Of a stretch of DNA of 64,000 nucleotides, positions 56,127-64,000 are shown piece by piece (positions within the stretch are counted from its first letter, which is position 1; each line of letters starts with the position of its first letter). The stretch lies in the NCBI GenBank assembly GCA_030698495.1, contig JAUYKA010000035.1:8778-72777 (forward strand), in the 5' to 3' direction. The notes beneath the pieces were generated by a model. It searched no databases. It saw only the letters and a program-made list of their open reading frames with translations, and had not been told where the DNA came from. This DNA is from a bacterium (GTDB taxonomy: Bacteria; Patescibacteriota; Andersenbacteria; UBA10190). The translations under genes were made by a program, and so were the position numbers.

Positions 56127-57827
56127 CTACATCACCTCCGGCTTGCTTATACCCAGCAAATCCAGCGTTTGTCCCATCACCTTTCGCGCCGCCAGCACCA
56201 ACTGCAGACGGCTCATCCGCACTTCTTCCTTATCCGCCGCAATCACTGGCACATTCCGGTAAAAAACATGTACCGCTCGCGCCAGCTCCAGCGCATAATA
56301 AGCCAACTGCTGTGCTTCCCCACTAGCCGCAATATCCGTTATCGCCTCCGGCAACCGATACATCTGCCGCATCAACTCCAACTCCGTCGTATGTGTCAGT
56401 TCCCCGTGACTGGTCAACTTTATTTTCTCGCCGGCCCCTTCAATCACACCTAACTCCTTGGCCCGACGCAATATAGACTGCAAACGCACATACGCGTACT
56501 GCGCATAATAAACCGGGTTGCGCTCGTTTCGTTCTTTCGCCAAATTAATATCAAAATCCATGTGCGTCGTCAGCGCGTGCTGGACCATAAAGAAACGCGC
56601 GGCATCATACCCCACCTCTTCTATCAAATCACCTGGTCCGTATAAGTTCCCTCGCCGCTTGGACAACTTCACCGGCTTGCCGTCCCGCAACACGCCAATC
56701 CACTGCGCCGCCACTACGTGCAACTTACTCACGTCGCAGCCCAGCGCCTCCAGCGCCGCGCGCAGCTTCGATCCATGACCCTGATGATCCGCGCCGACAT
56801 AAGTAAAAATACCGTCGAATTTTCGGTCAAACTTGTCCTGATGATAAGCCACATCCGGCGCAATGTAAGCATATTCACCGTCGCTCTTGACAAAAATCCT
56901 GTCCTCGCTGTCGCCAAATTTCGTTGTCCGCAAATATTCCGCACCGTCTTTTTCGTAAATCATCTTTTTATCGCGCAATTTCTCGTGAACCTTCTCAACC
57001 GCTCCGCTGGTTCTTAATTTTCTCTCTGACGTCCACACATCAAACTTTATCCTTAAATCCTCCGCTATCGTTTTTTTTATCTTATCCATCATTGTATCCG
57101 CCGCCTGCTGACCCAGTTCCTCTATCAACTTCTTATCTTTTAAATCGCCCCCGGTAAACTCTCTCCCCTCGTTTTCTTTCGCGTTCTCCGCCAGTATCGT
57201 TGCCACCTCACTAATATATTCGCCCTGATAAAGCTCCTCTGGATAATCAACTTTTTCCCCTTTCCCTTCCAAAATTCTCCGCAGCGCTGATTCGCCCAAT
57301 TTCATAATCTGGCCGCCCGCGTCGTTAATGTAATATTCCCGCGTCACGTTATAGCCGGCGCAGGTCAGCACGTTAGCCAAACTGTCCACGGAAAAAGCCG
57401 TGCGCGCGTTGCCCAGCGTCAGCGGCCCGGTGGGATTAGCCGAAATAAATTCAAAATTATATTGCTTACCCCGACCAATATTTACCCCGCCGCAAATATC
57501 TTCTTCTAAAACATCGTCCAACCGCGCCGTCATCCAGCCAGGGTTCAGGCGGATATTTAAAAACCCCGGCGCCACCGCTTCCAGCTTGCCTACATATTCC
57601 TTCTTCGGCATATGGCGCGCAATAATATCCAAAATATCCAGCGGCGGCTTATCCGCGCTTTTTGTCAACGTCAAGGCCACCGGCGAAGCGTAATCGCCAT
57701 GCTCCGCTTTTTCCGTCCGCTCTACCACCACTGCTTCATTTTTAGTTTTAGGCAACTCCCCGGCCGACCGCGCTGCGGCAATGCCAGCCGCGATATCTTC
57801 AACCAAAGACTGTTTTAAATTAATCAT
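56127..57827 (-). CDS. argS: Arginyl-tRNA synthetase
   Basis: The class I HIGH region (P...GPLTLGNAR) is present. The DALR anticodon-binding C-terminus is present. The protein is 566 aa. Confidence 0.9.
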   Translation of the reverse strand: MINLKQSLVEDIAAGIAAARSAGELPKTKNEAVVVERTEKAEHGDYASPVALTLTKSADKPPLDILDIIARHMPKKEYVGKLEAVAPGFLNIRLNPGWMTARLDDVLEEDICGGVNIGRGKQYNFEFISANPTGPLTLGNARTAFSVDSLANVLTCAGYNVTREYYINDAGGQIMKLGESALRRILEGKGEKVDYPEELYQGEYISEVATILAENAKENEGREFTGGDLKDKKLIEELGQQAADTMMDKIKKTIAEDLRIKFDVWTSERKLRTSGAVEKVHEKLRDKKMIYEKDGAEYLRTTKFGDSEDRIFVKSDGEYAYIAPDVAYHQDKFDRKFDGIFTYVGADHQGHGSKLRAALEALGCDVSKLHVVAAQWIGVLRDGKPVKLSKRRGNLYGPGDLIEEVGYDAARFFMVQHALTTHMDFDINLAKERNERNPVYYAQYAYVRLQSILRRAKELGVIEGAGEKIKLTSHGELTHTTELELMRQMYRLPEAITDIAASGEAQQLAYYALELARAVHVFYRNVPVIAADKEEVRMSRLQLVLAARKVMGQTLDLLGISKPEVM

Positions 57828-57843
57828 AACCTTATATTATACC

Positions 57844-59697
57844 TTATATCTTATACCTGAACATCCTAATCGCATTCATAATCGGCAAGAAATCCGTCGC
57901 GAAGTTATAGGCCGCCGCTTCGGCCGGGCCCATCATTTTGGCGAAGACCAAATACATTCCCAGCAAATTAACCGCGCCCCAAATCACAAAATTCTGGCGG
58001 CTGATAGACACGGCAGCCTTGCCGATTTTTCTCGCCTCGGCGACTTTCATTAAATCATCCTGCATTAACGCCACATCCGCCGCTTCTATCGCCGCGTCCG
58101 ATCCCACCGCCCCCATCGCCACGCCAATATCCGCCAGCGCCAAAGCAGCCGCGTCGTTGACTCCATCACCCACCATCACCAGCTTACCCGGACGCTTCAA
58201 TAATGCTTTGACCCGTTCCAGTTTATCCGCCGGAGTCAGATTCGCCGCGAAAGAATCCAATTTCAGATCACCGGCCACTTTTCCCGCCACTTTATCATTG
58301 TCTCCCGTTAACATCACCATATATTCCATCCCTTCGCGGCGCAGCGCCGCCAGTGCCGCGCGCGCTTGCGGCCTTATCGCGTCGGCACAAACAATCACCC
58401 CCGCCAGCCCTTGGCCGCGGCCAACATAAACCAGCGCCCCCGCTTGACGACTCTGTTGGTCATCAACCGCCCGTTCTTGTTCATCCGTCACTACAACACC
58501 TTCTTTTTCCACGTAATCCCGCCGACCGCAATATACCTTTTCTTCACCGTATTGCGCCCAGCTTCCCTGCCCGGCTACCTGACCGAATTTCTTCGGTTCA
58601 TCCCAGGCAATACCCCTTGCCTTGGCATAATCGAGTATCGCCCGGGCCAACAAATGTGACGAGAAAGAATCTGTCGCCGCCGCCATCTTTATTACCTCCT
58701 CCTTTGTAAACTTGCCGAAAGTAATTACATCAATAACCTTCACTCTGCCAGCAGTTAATGTCCCCGTCTTATCGAAAACAACTGTTTTGGCTTTCGTTAA
58801 TCCTTCCAGGAACGCGCCGCCCTTGACGATGATGCCGCGCCGCGCCGCCCTCCCCAGCGCCGCCGAAAATGTCAACGGCACCGCCACGGCAATATCGTCG
58901 GCACACGCCACCAACAGCAACGCCAGCACTAAACGTAAATCCCTCGTTGTCACGTACAGCACTATCGCCGCGGTAAAAACAATCACAATATATCCGGCCG
59001 CGAACCGACTGCCCAAAGTCTGTATAGGCCCCTTACTATCCCGCGCGCTTTTAACCAGCTTCACCATTTTCTCAAAAGTCGTATCTTTCCCCACTTTTTC
59101 CGCCCGCACCACTATTGTCCCTTCCACTACTACCGTCGCGCTTAATACTTTTTGTCCGACACCCCGCGACACCGGTAAAGACTCACCCGTCAAAGACGCC
59201 TGATCAATCGATGCCGCGCCCTCTACTGCCTCACCGTCCACCGGCACCTGCTCACCCAACTGCACCACCACTAAATCGCCGACTCTAACCCGGCCAATCG
59301 GCAGCATCACTATCGTTCCGTCAAGACGTCTGATTCTAGCCTGATGAGGACGCAGTTTCAATAAACCCGCAATCGCCGTCCGCGATTTACCCTCCGTATA
59401 TGCGGAAAAAATCCTTGCCGCCGTTAACATTAAATTAATAAATACTGCTGATGCCCATTCCGCCGCCAACAACGACGCCACTAGCGCCACGCTGGCCAGT
59501 AAATCAACGGTTATTTCCCGCCGTTTTAGCGCCTGCCAGGCGCTAACCACTACCGGAAAGGTTGCCAGTCCGGCTATCGCCACTAAAACCGTTTCGTTAA
59601 ACTCACGCGGCAAAAAACCAAGATAATAATTCACCAGCACCGCTACCAGTGTCGCGGCTAAATACTTATCAATTCTTTTCCAATTTATTCGCCTCAT
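57844..59697 (-). CDS. P-type ATPase with P1B heavy-metal-type topology. It has no N-terminal metal-binding domain and an atypical C-A-D at the TM CPC position.
   Basis: DKTGTLT, GDGVNDAAALA and a TGES-like region are present. The TM4 sequence VACADDIAVAVP aligns to the P1B IACPCALGLATP. Confidence 0.8.
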   Translation of the reverse strand: MRRINWKRIDKYLAATLVAVLVNYYLGFLPREFNETVLVAIAGLATFPVVVSAWQALKRREITVDLLASVALVASLLAAEWASAVFINLMLTAARIFSAYTEGKSRTAIAGLLKLRPHQARIRRLDGTIVMLPIGRVRVGDLVVVQLGEQVPVDGEAVEGAASIDQASLTGESLPVSRGVGQKVLSATVVVEGTIVVRAEKVGKDTTFEKMVKLVKSARDSKGPIQTLGSRFAAGYIVIVFTAAIVLYVTTRDLRLVLALLLVACADDIAVAVPLTFSAALGRAARRGIIVKGGAFLEGLTKAKTVVFDKTGTLTAGRVKVIDVITFGKFTKEEVIKMAAATDSFSSHLLARAILDYAKARGIAWDEPKKFGQVAGQGSWAQYGEEKVYCGRRDYVEKEGVVVTDEQERAVDDQQSRQAGALVYVGRGQGLAGVIVCADAIRPQARAALAALRREGMEYMVMLTGDNDKVAGKVAGDLKLDSFAANLTPADKLERVKALLKRPGKLVMVGDGVNDAAALALADIGVAMGAVGSDAAIEAADVALMQDDLMKVAEARKIGKAAVSISRQNFVIWGAVNLLGMYLVFAKMMGPAEAAAYNFATDFLPIMNAIRMFRYKI

Positions 59698-59776
59698 AAG
59701 CCTTCACTATACTATATTTATAACTTCTTCGGATAAAAAAAGAGCCCCGCCCTCAAGCGAAGCTCGGTGCAGCCAT

Positions 59777-60157
59777 CTACTCCGTCTTTACTTTCGGCCA
59801 CTGCGGCAAATCAGATGGCATTGGCAGCGGTTTTCTGGGCGAATCCGGCAGAAACTTGCGATACAAAAGCTTTACCAACTCACAAGCGCCGCACCGCCAA
59901 CACAATCTATAGACACCGATGTACACCCACCTGTCATCGTCCGGATGTCCTGTTTTGAGCCACTTCTGATACGTCAACCCGCTGCCGCAACAACCGCACC
60001 GACCGCGCCAATCGCTGATTACCCGCCACAACCAAAATAGCCAATATCCTCCCAACAGCGCCGCCAACAAGAAGAAAAACGACAAGTGAATCGCCGCCAA
60101 AAAGACCAGAGTCAACCCCACTGCCGCCGCCAGATGAATCAAAAACCAGCGTCCCAT
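59777..60157 (-). CDS. Two-TM membrane protein with a cytoplasmic Cys-rich domain (putative zinc ribbon)
   Basis: GRCGCCGSG and CWRCGAC clusters follow two hydrophobic helices. It lies immediately upstream of the P-type ATPase gene. Confidence 0.5.
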   Translation of the reverse strand: MGRWFLIHLAAAVGLTLVFLAAIHLSFFFLLAALLGGYWLFWLWRVISDWRGRCGCCGSGLTYQKWLKTGHPDDDRWVYIGVYRLCWRCGACELVKLLYRKFLPDSPRKPLPMPSDLPQWPKVKTE

Positions 60158-60270
60158 GGCAATATCCTCCAGGAATTTCTAAAGTACCAAACCCCTCTAA
60201 CCCTATACCACCAAACACCTATTAACAAGACACTAAACACAACGGACAAAAAAGTGTTACTATATAAAAG

Positions 60271-60501
60271 ATGTACTCCCGCCGCTTGGAAATATTTCTT
60301 GAGTTTTTAATCTTCGGAATTATTATGGGTGTAATCGAAGACCTTATCGCTATTACGCTAGTCACCAAGGACCCTATTACCTGGCGTACCTTTATCGTCG
60401 CTACTGCTGTCGCCATTCCCTTCGCTTTTCTCGGCGAATATATTGTCGACCGTAAACACCTTATCCCCGTTAGACCAACCGAAAAAGAAAAACGCCGCTA
60501 G
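60271..60501 (+). CDS. Small two-TM hypothetical protein (76 aa)
   Basis: The frame is open and two hydrophobic helices are present. Confidence 0.4.
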   Translation: MYSRRLEIFLEFLIFGIIMGVIEDLIAITLVTKDPITWRTFIVATAVAIPFAFLGEYIVDRKHLIPVRPTEKEKRR

Positions 60502-60545
60502 TGGATAGTTTCCGATCCAGGCGCTAATTTTTATCACAAAAAAAA

Positions 60546-60647
60546 TCAGCTGCCGCCCAACACCCAACCAACAAAAAGACTGATCATCGCTATCAAAAAA
60601 ATAAACAAGGACACCGCCACCACTCCCCTTACTAGTTTTTTAAGCAT
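60546..60647 (-). CDS. Candidate 33 aa hydrophobic peptide (MLKKLVRGVVAVSLFIFLIAMISLFVGWVLGGS) directly downstream of the ferric-reductase-like gene
   Basis: The ATG lies 11 nt after the upstream TAA and is preceded by a GGTAGGGGGG Shine-Dalgarno-like run. It is shorter than 60 aa, so it is absent from the ORF track. Confidence 0.3.
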   Translation of the reverse strand: MLKKLVRGVVAVSLFIFLIAMISLFVGWVLGGS

Positions 60648-60658
60648 ACCCCCCTACC

Positions 60659-61951
60659 TTAAAGCTCAAACTCCTCCGAGTAAATATCTTTTGCTGCCAC
60701 TCCCACTTCCCGCAATTGACGGCGCAAACTGGCCATCATTGGCAAAGGACCGCACAGGAAAAACGACTTCCCCGGCAAATCCTCACTCAATATCTCCCTT
60801 ATTCTTGCCACCGTTATCCTACCGTAGGTATCGGAAAACCAGTTAAATACTCTTAAGCTACCACTGGTACCTGCCAAGGCATCCGTCAAAGCAATTGCGT
60901 CATCTTTATTGCGCGTGGCGTAAAAAAGATCCACGACTGGAGCTTTCTCACCGCCGTAGCGCATCTGTTTCGCCATACTGATAAACGGCGTAATGCCGAT
61001 GCCGCCCGCGATCCACACTTGTCTTTTTGCGTCAACATTACGCGGCCAGAAACGTCCGTACGGACCCTGCACTCGCACTAATGTTCCCGGTCGCACCTGC
61101 CTTAGCTGGCTCGTAAAATTTCCCAGATTCTTCACCGTCACCGCCAATATTTTCTCTGCCGGATGTGAACTCATGGAAAACGGGTGCGCCTCCGCCAACG
61201 CTCCCGTGCCGACAAAACTAAACCAGGCAAACTGTCCCGGATAGTACGGCATTCTCTCTCCTCGCGCCGTCATTAAAACCCGGAAGATACTACCGTTTAT
61301 CCCTAGTACACCCTTAACTTCATATACATATTTACGATGCTTATTAAGCACCGAGTGATAAACAAAAAATACTAGCGCCGAAACAACCAGCGCCAGCATG
61401 TATCCGCGCAACCATATATTTCGCGATATGTCGCTGGGCATCAATAAAATATGTAAACCGGCCAAGAAAAAAGCCAACCCCAAAAACTTATGGGTAAACT
61501 TCCAAAGCTGATACCCCGGACGAAAATAAAAAGTCAGAACCAGCAGAATAATCATTAACCCCAGCGCCAACCAGCCTAGCGCTATCGGCAAGCTGGCTGC
61601 CGGCCAAACTGACAATGCCGCGTCTCGTATTGAAAACGGCAACAGCTTTACCGCCGATAGTACCGGATGGAGTAAAAGCAGCACCAGCGCTGTGCCTCCC
61701 AATAAATGATGGATCACATACATCCGGCTTAAACCCCCGAAATAGTCTTCAAAAAAAGACATGCGCGCGCCTAAAATCAGGACAACCGTAAACAACGCCA
61801 TACCAGTCAATCCGGCCAGCTGCGCCAAACTAGTTAGCGAATTGGTAAAATCGCTAAAGCGCTGCGACCAAGGCAGCATCGCGCTCCACAACAACGCCGG
61901 TATGACCGTTACCGCGAATACCGCCGCCGGCCCCCAGTTTTTCTCCAACAT
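60659..61951 (-). CDS. Ferric-reductase/NOX-like flavocytochrome with an N-terminal 6-TM ferric reductase domain and C-terminal FAD- and NAD-binding domains
   Basis: An HPFS-type FAD motif (AHPFSMSS) is present. GPYG and an IAGGIGITPFISM NAD(P)-binding block are present. The N-terminal half is polytopic. Confidence 0.7.
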   Translation of the reverse strand: MLEKNWGPAAVFAVTVIPALLWSAMLPWSQRFSDFTNSLTSLAQLAGLTGMALFTVVLILGARMSFFEDYFGGLSRMYVIHHLLGGTALVLLLLHPVLSAVKLLPFSIRDAALSVWPAASLPIALGWLALGLMIILLVLTFYFRPGYQLWKFTHKFLGLAFFLAGLHILLMPSDISRNIWLRGYMLALVVSALVFFVYHSVLNKHRKYVYEVKGVLGINGSIFRVLMTARGERMPYYPGQFAWFSFVGTGALAEAHPFSMSSHPAEKILAVTVKNLGNFTSQLRQVRPGTLVRVQGPYGRFWPRNVDAKRQVWIAGGIGITPFISMAKQMRYGGEKAPVVDLFYATRNKDDAIALTDALAGTSGSLRVFNWFSDTYGRITVARIREILSEDLPGKSFFLCGPLPMMASLRRQLREVGVAAKDIYSEEFEL

Positions 61952-62071
61952 GTCATATGAATAACAGCTTGCCAGTTTATTGACAAGATAATTCCAAACA
62001 TTTTAAAAATCGTCCGCGCTCTTACTTCAAGAACACGGACGTATATTATTGCCCCGACCGGAAAACCCACA

Positions 62072-62581
62072 CTAAGCGCCGATTTCGCGTCGGACCATTT
62101 GATACCCCTTGGCGCATAGACGAAAGTCACTCGCTACCTCTATCAGAACCTGGCCGCTTACCGCCTCCAAACAACCGGCTTCCGGTGCCGGCAGACCATC
62201 TACCTTACTGGCATCGCGAAAAACTCTGATGCCCAGCTGTTCCAAAAGCATTGCTGCTCTCGCCCGTCTTCGGCCATTGATCATGTCGGGACAAAACCCC
62301 AACACAACCAAAATTGCGTTACCCAGCTGCACCAATTCCAGGCGCCATTGAACTTCGGTTGGCGTTAATGGTAACTCGTAAAGAGCAATTGCCTTGTTCA
62401 TCAAATACGCCGTCGGCCAGGACAAGAAAGGCGCGTCAGCGGCGTAAATATGCGCCACCAAAACATCCTCCAGATAGTACACAACCGTAGCGTTGGCCAG
62501 ACACAATTGCCGCTGAAAAACATCCTCAACCAACCCGCGCACAAACTGCTCCGGCTTGGTTACAATCAGATTCGTTTTCAT
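62072..62581 (-). CDS. Hypothetical protein (169 aa)
   Basis: The frame is open and no motif was recognised. Confidence 0.4.
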   Translation of the reverse strand: MKTNLIVTKPEQFVRGLVEDVFQRQLCLANATVVYYLEDVLVAHIYAADAPFLSWPTAYLMNKAIALYELPLTPTEVQWRLELVQLGNAILVVLGFCPDMINGRRRARAAMLLEQLGIRVFRDASKVDGLPAPEAGCLEAVSGQVLIEVASDFRLCAKGYQMVRREIGA

Positions 62582-62656
62582 GGCCAGTCTCCTTAAATTT
62601 TCCAGGGAACCACAGCTCTTTTATATATACAAATTTTACTTTCCTGTCCAGACAAA

Positions 62657-62878
62657 TTACTCGCCAATAACAATCAGCTTCTCCTTGGCTGTCTTACCTA
62701 ACTTAATATAAATCCGCGACGGCGCCACATCAAAATATTCCGCCAGCGCTTTTATAATCGCTTCGTTCGCCCGCCCGCCCTGCGGCGTCGCCGTCACCGC
62801 CACCCGATAATGTCCGTCATCAACCTTTGTGACACCCGTTTCCCCCGCCCTTGTTTTAGCCGTCACTATAATTTTCAT
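62657..62878 (-). CDS. DUF167/YggU-family small protein
   Basis: MKIIVTAKTRAGETGV...TATPQGGRANEAIIKALAEYFDVAPSRIYIKLGKTAKEKLIVI matches the YggU (UPF0235) pattern. Confidence 0.7.
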   Translation of the reverse strand: MKIIVTAKTRAGETGVTKVDDGHYRVAVTATPQGGRANEAIIKALAEYFDVAPSRIYIKLGKTAKEKLIVIGE

Positions 62879-62913
62879 GGCCTACTTTAACTGAAAACTA
62901 CAAATCAGATTCC

Positions 62914-63945
62914 TCACGCTTCATATTCAAAACCCTCCCCCGGAAAAAGAAGCTTTATATCAATTCCTTTTAATTCACCAGGATACTGCCTGTAAATATT
63001 CTCCGCGTAATCAAACGTGCTGTTCTCCAGCTCCTCGCGATTGGACATAAACTTAAATAAATGCATCGGCACCACCACTTTCGGACTAATGTCGCGAATA
63101 TCGTAAGCAGCCACTTTCACATTACACAAAAAAACGTCCACACCGCTGTGCGCCAGTGCCGCCTTCTCATTTTTATACTTAAAATTTATGCCGTCGCCCG
63201 TATGCAGAATTTTAAATCCATCCGTCTCCACCAGATACCACGCATTTGGTTCGTTAAAATTACCATCCACTCTATGGTCCGTTTGCAAAGCCGTTATCTT
63301 CACCCCGTTTATATCAACCGGCTGACCATCCTTTAGATAGTAAATATTAGACCAATTCTCGCTCTCATACATAAACCGGAAGCCCTCCGGAAAAACCGCT
63401 GACTTGCCGTTCTGCAAAGCTTTTTTTAATAAAGTTGGATTGTAATGGTCCATATCGGCATGCGTCACCAAAAATATATCGGCAATATCTGCCAGCCTTT
63501 TCTGCACCACCGACTCCGGCATATCCGCCGTATCAAAAGCGATTGCCTTATTACTTGTTTTCACCACCGCCCCCATATTCATAAAACTCCAAATTCGCAT
63601 TTTCCCCGGCGCAACTGCCGTTTGATCAATATCGTCAATCGCCTGCCCCAAACTCAAATCAAAAAATTTTCTTTGATTACCTAAAAACAAATGTAACAGC
63701 GTCGGCGTCTTGCCCGTATCCCGCGGCAGCCAAACCGCCAGATATTTTTCCAGATCGCGCGACAACTCCACCCTCTCTTCGGTTAAAACATTCGGGTCTG
63801 TCGCCGCAATACGTTCGTGCAGCCTCACCGCCGACCGCGGCATGTAAAGATAATAGCCGACGCAAATCAAAACAATAACCAGCAAAACAAGAAAATCTTT
63901 AATCAGCCCCCTCGCCAGCTTGTTCATATTTAAAAAATACCACAC
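62914..63945 (-). CDS. Membrane-anchored metallo-beta-lactamase-fold hydrolase
   Basis: An N-terminal TM helix is present. The histidine motif region LVTHADMDH is present. A second His/Asp cluster (HTGDG) is present. Confidence 0.7.
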   Translation of the reverse strand: MWYFLNMNKLARGLIKDFLVLLVIVLICVGYYLYMPRSAVRLHERIAATDPNVLTEERVELSRDLEKYLAVWLPRDTGKTPTLLHLFLGNQRKFFDLSLGQAIDDIDQTAVAPGKMRIWSFMNMGAVVKTSNKAIAFDTADMPESVVQKRLADIADIFLVTHADMDHYNPTLLKKALQNGKSAVFPEGFRFMYESENWSNIYYLKDGQPVDINGVKITALQTDHRVDGNFNEPNAWYLVETDGFKILHTGDGINFKYKNEKAALAHSGVDVFLCNVKVAAYDIRDISPKVVVPMHLFKFMSNREELENSTFDYAENIYRQYPGELKGIDIKLLFPGEGFEYEA

Positions 63946-64000
63946 CCGAAATTTTTATCCCACCACGTTAATCGACATCCAAAAAAAGAAACCGCCGATC

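Noticed and set aside
59698-59776. Intrinsic terminator between the Cys-rich gene and the ATPase gene
   Set aside because: A G-rich run followed by T7 is present on the minus strand, but no convincing stem could be drawn.

Overview
This 64 kb window is dense, mostly minus-strand housekeeping DNA from a small-genome bacterium with about 50% GC. The gene set (single-chain GlyRS, LytR-Cps2A-Psr family (LCP) protein, SleB-type hydrolase, many large surface proteins, no LPS genes) is compatible with a Gram-positive-like or Patescibacteria (CPR)-type organism, but that is inference only. Recognisable genes include ftsA-ftsZ, ybeY-dgkA, rpsU, a HIT protein, hisS, lepB, an LCP protein, pth, a TrmB-like regulator, mfd, dprA, topA, parAB, tRNA-Leu(CAA), ugd plus a sugar nucleotidyltransferase, a 1151-aa FG-GAP surface protein, leuS, rarA, tatD, an AI-2E permease, an M16 peptidase, glyQS, purM-like, NUDIX, tgt, recO, ileS, argS and a P1B-type ATPase. 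No transposase, integrase, CRISPR array or rRNA was seen. The non-coding DNA is the most unusual part. First, a family of roughly 165-180 nt palindromic elements has three full copies plus one partial copy. Second, tandem GGAAATTG octamer arrays occur at five intergenic loci. Third, several gene junctions carry other inverted arrays of 7-10 nt tandem repeats. Fourth, an 865 nt hairpin-rich non-coding gap lies upstream of pth. Fifth, several near-consensus sigma70 promoters (TTGACA-N16/17-TAATAT) and intrinsic terminators are present, with at least one apparently leaderless gene. Three gene modules look compositionally atypical and functionally unassigned. The AT-rich first 3 kb holds an unknown 155-aa protein plus a SleB-domain hydrolase translationally coupled to a membrane protein. 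The GC-richer region at 43.1-46.2 kb holds an IMPase-like protein, a PurM-like protein and a NUDIX hydrolase, each with its own promoter and terminator. The region at 46.5-48.1 kb holds a consensus-promoter-driven helical 127-aa protein plus an SDH-family ClpP-fold protease. All coordinates of non-coding features are anchored to ORF-track boundaries and may be off by a few nucleotides.
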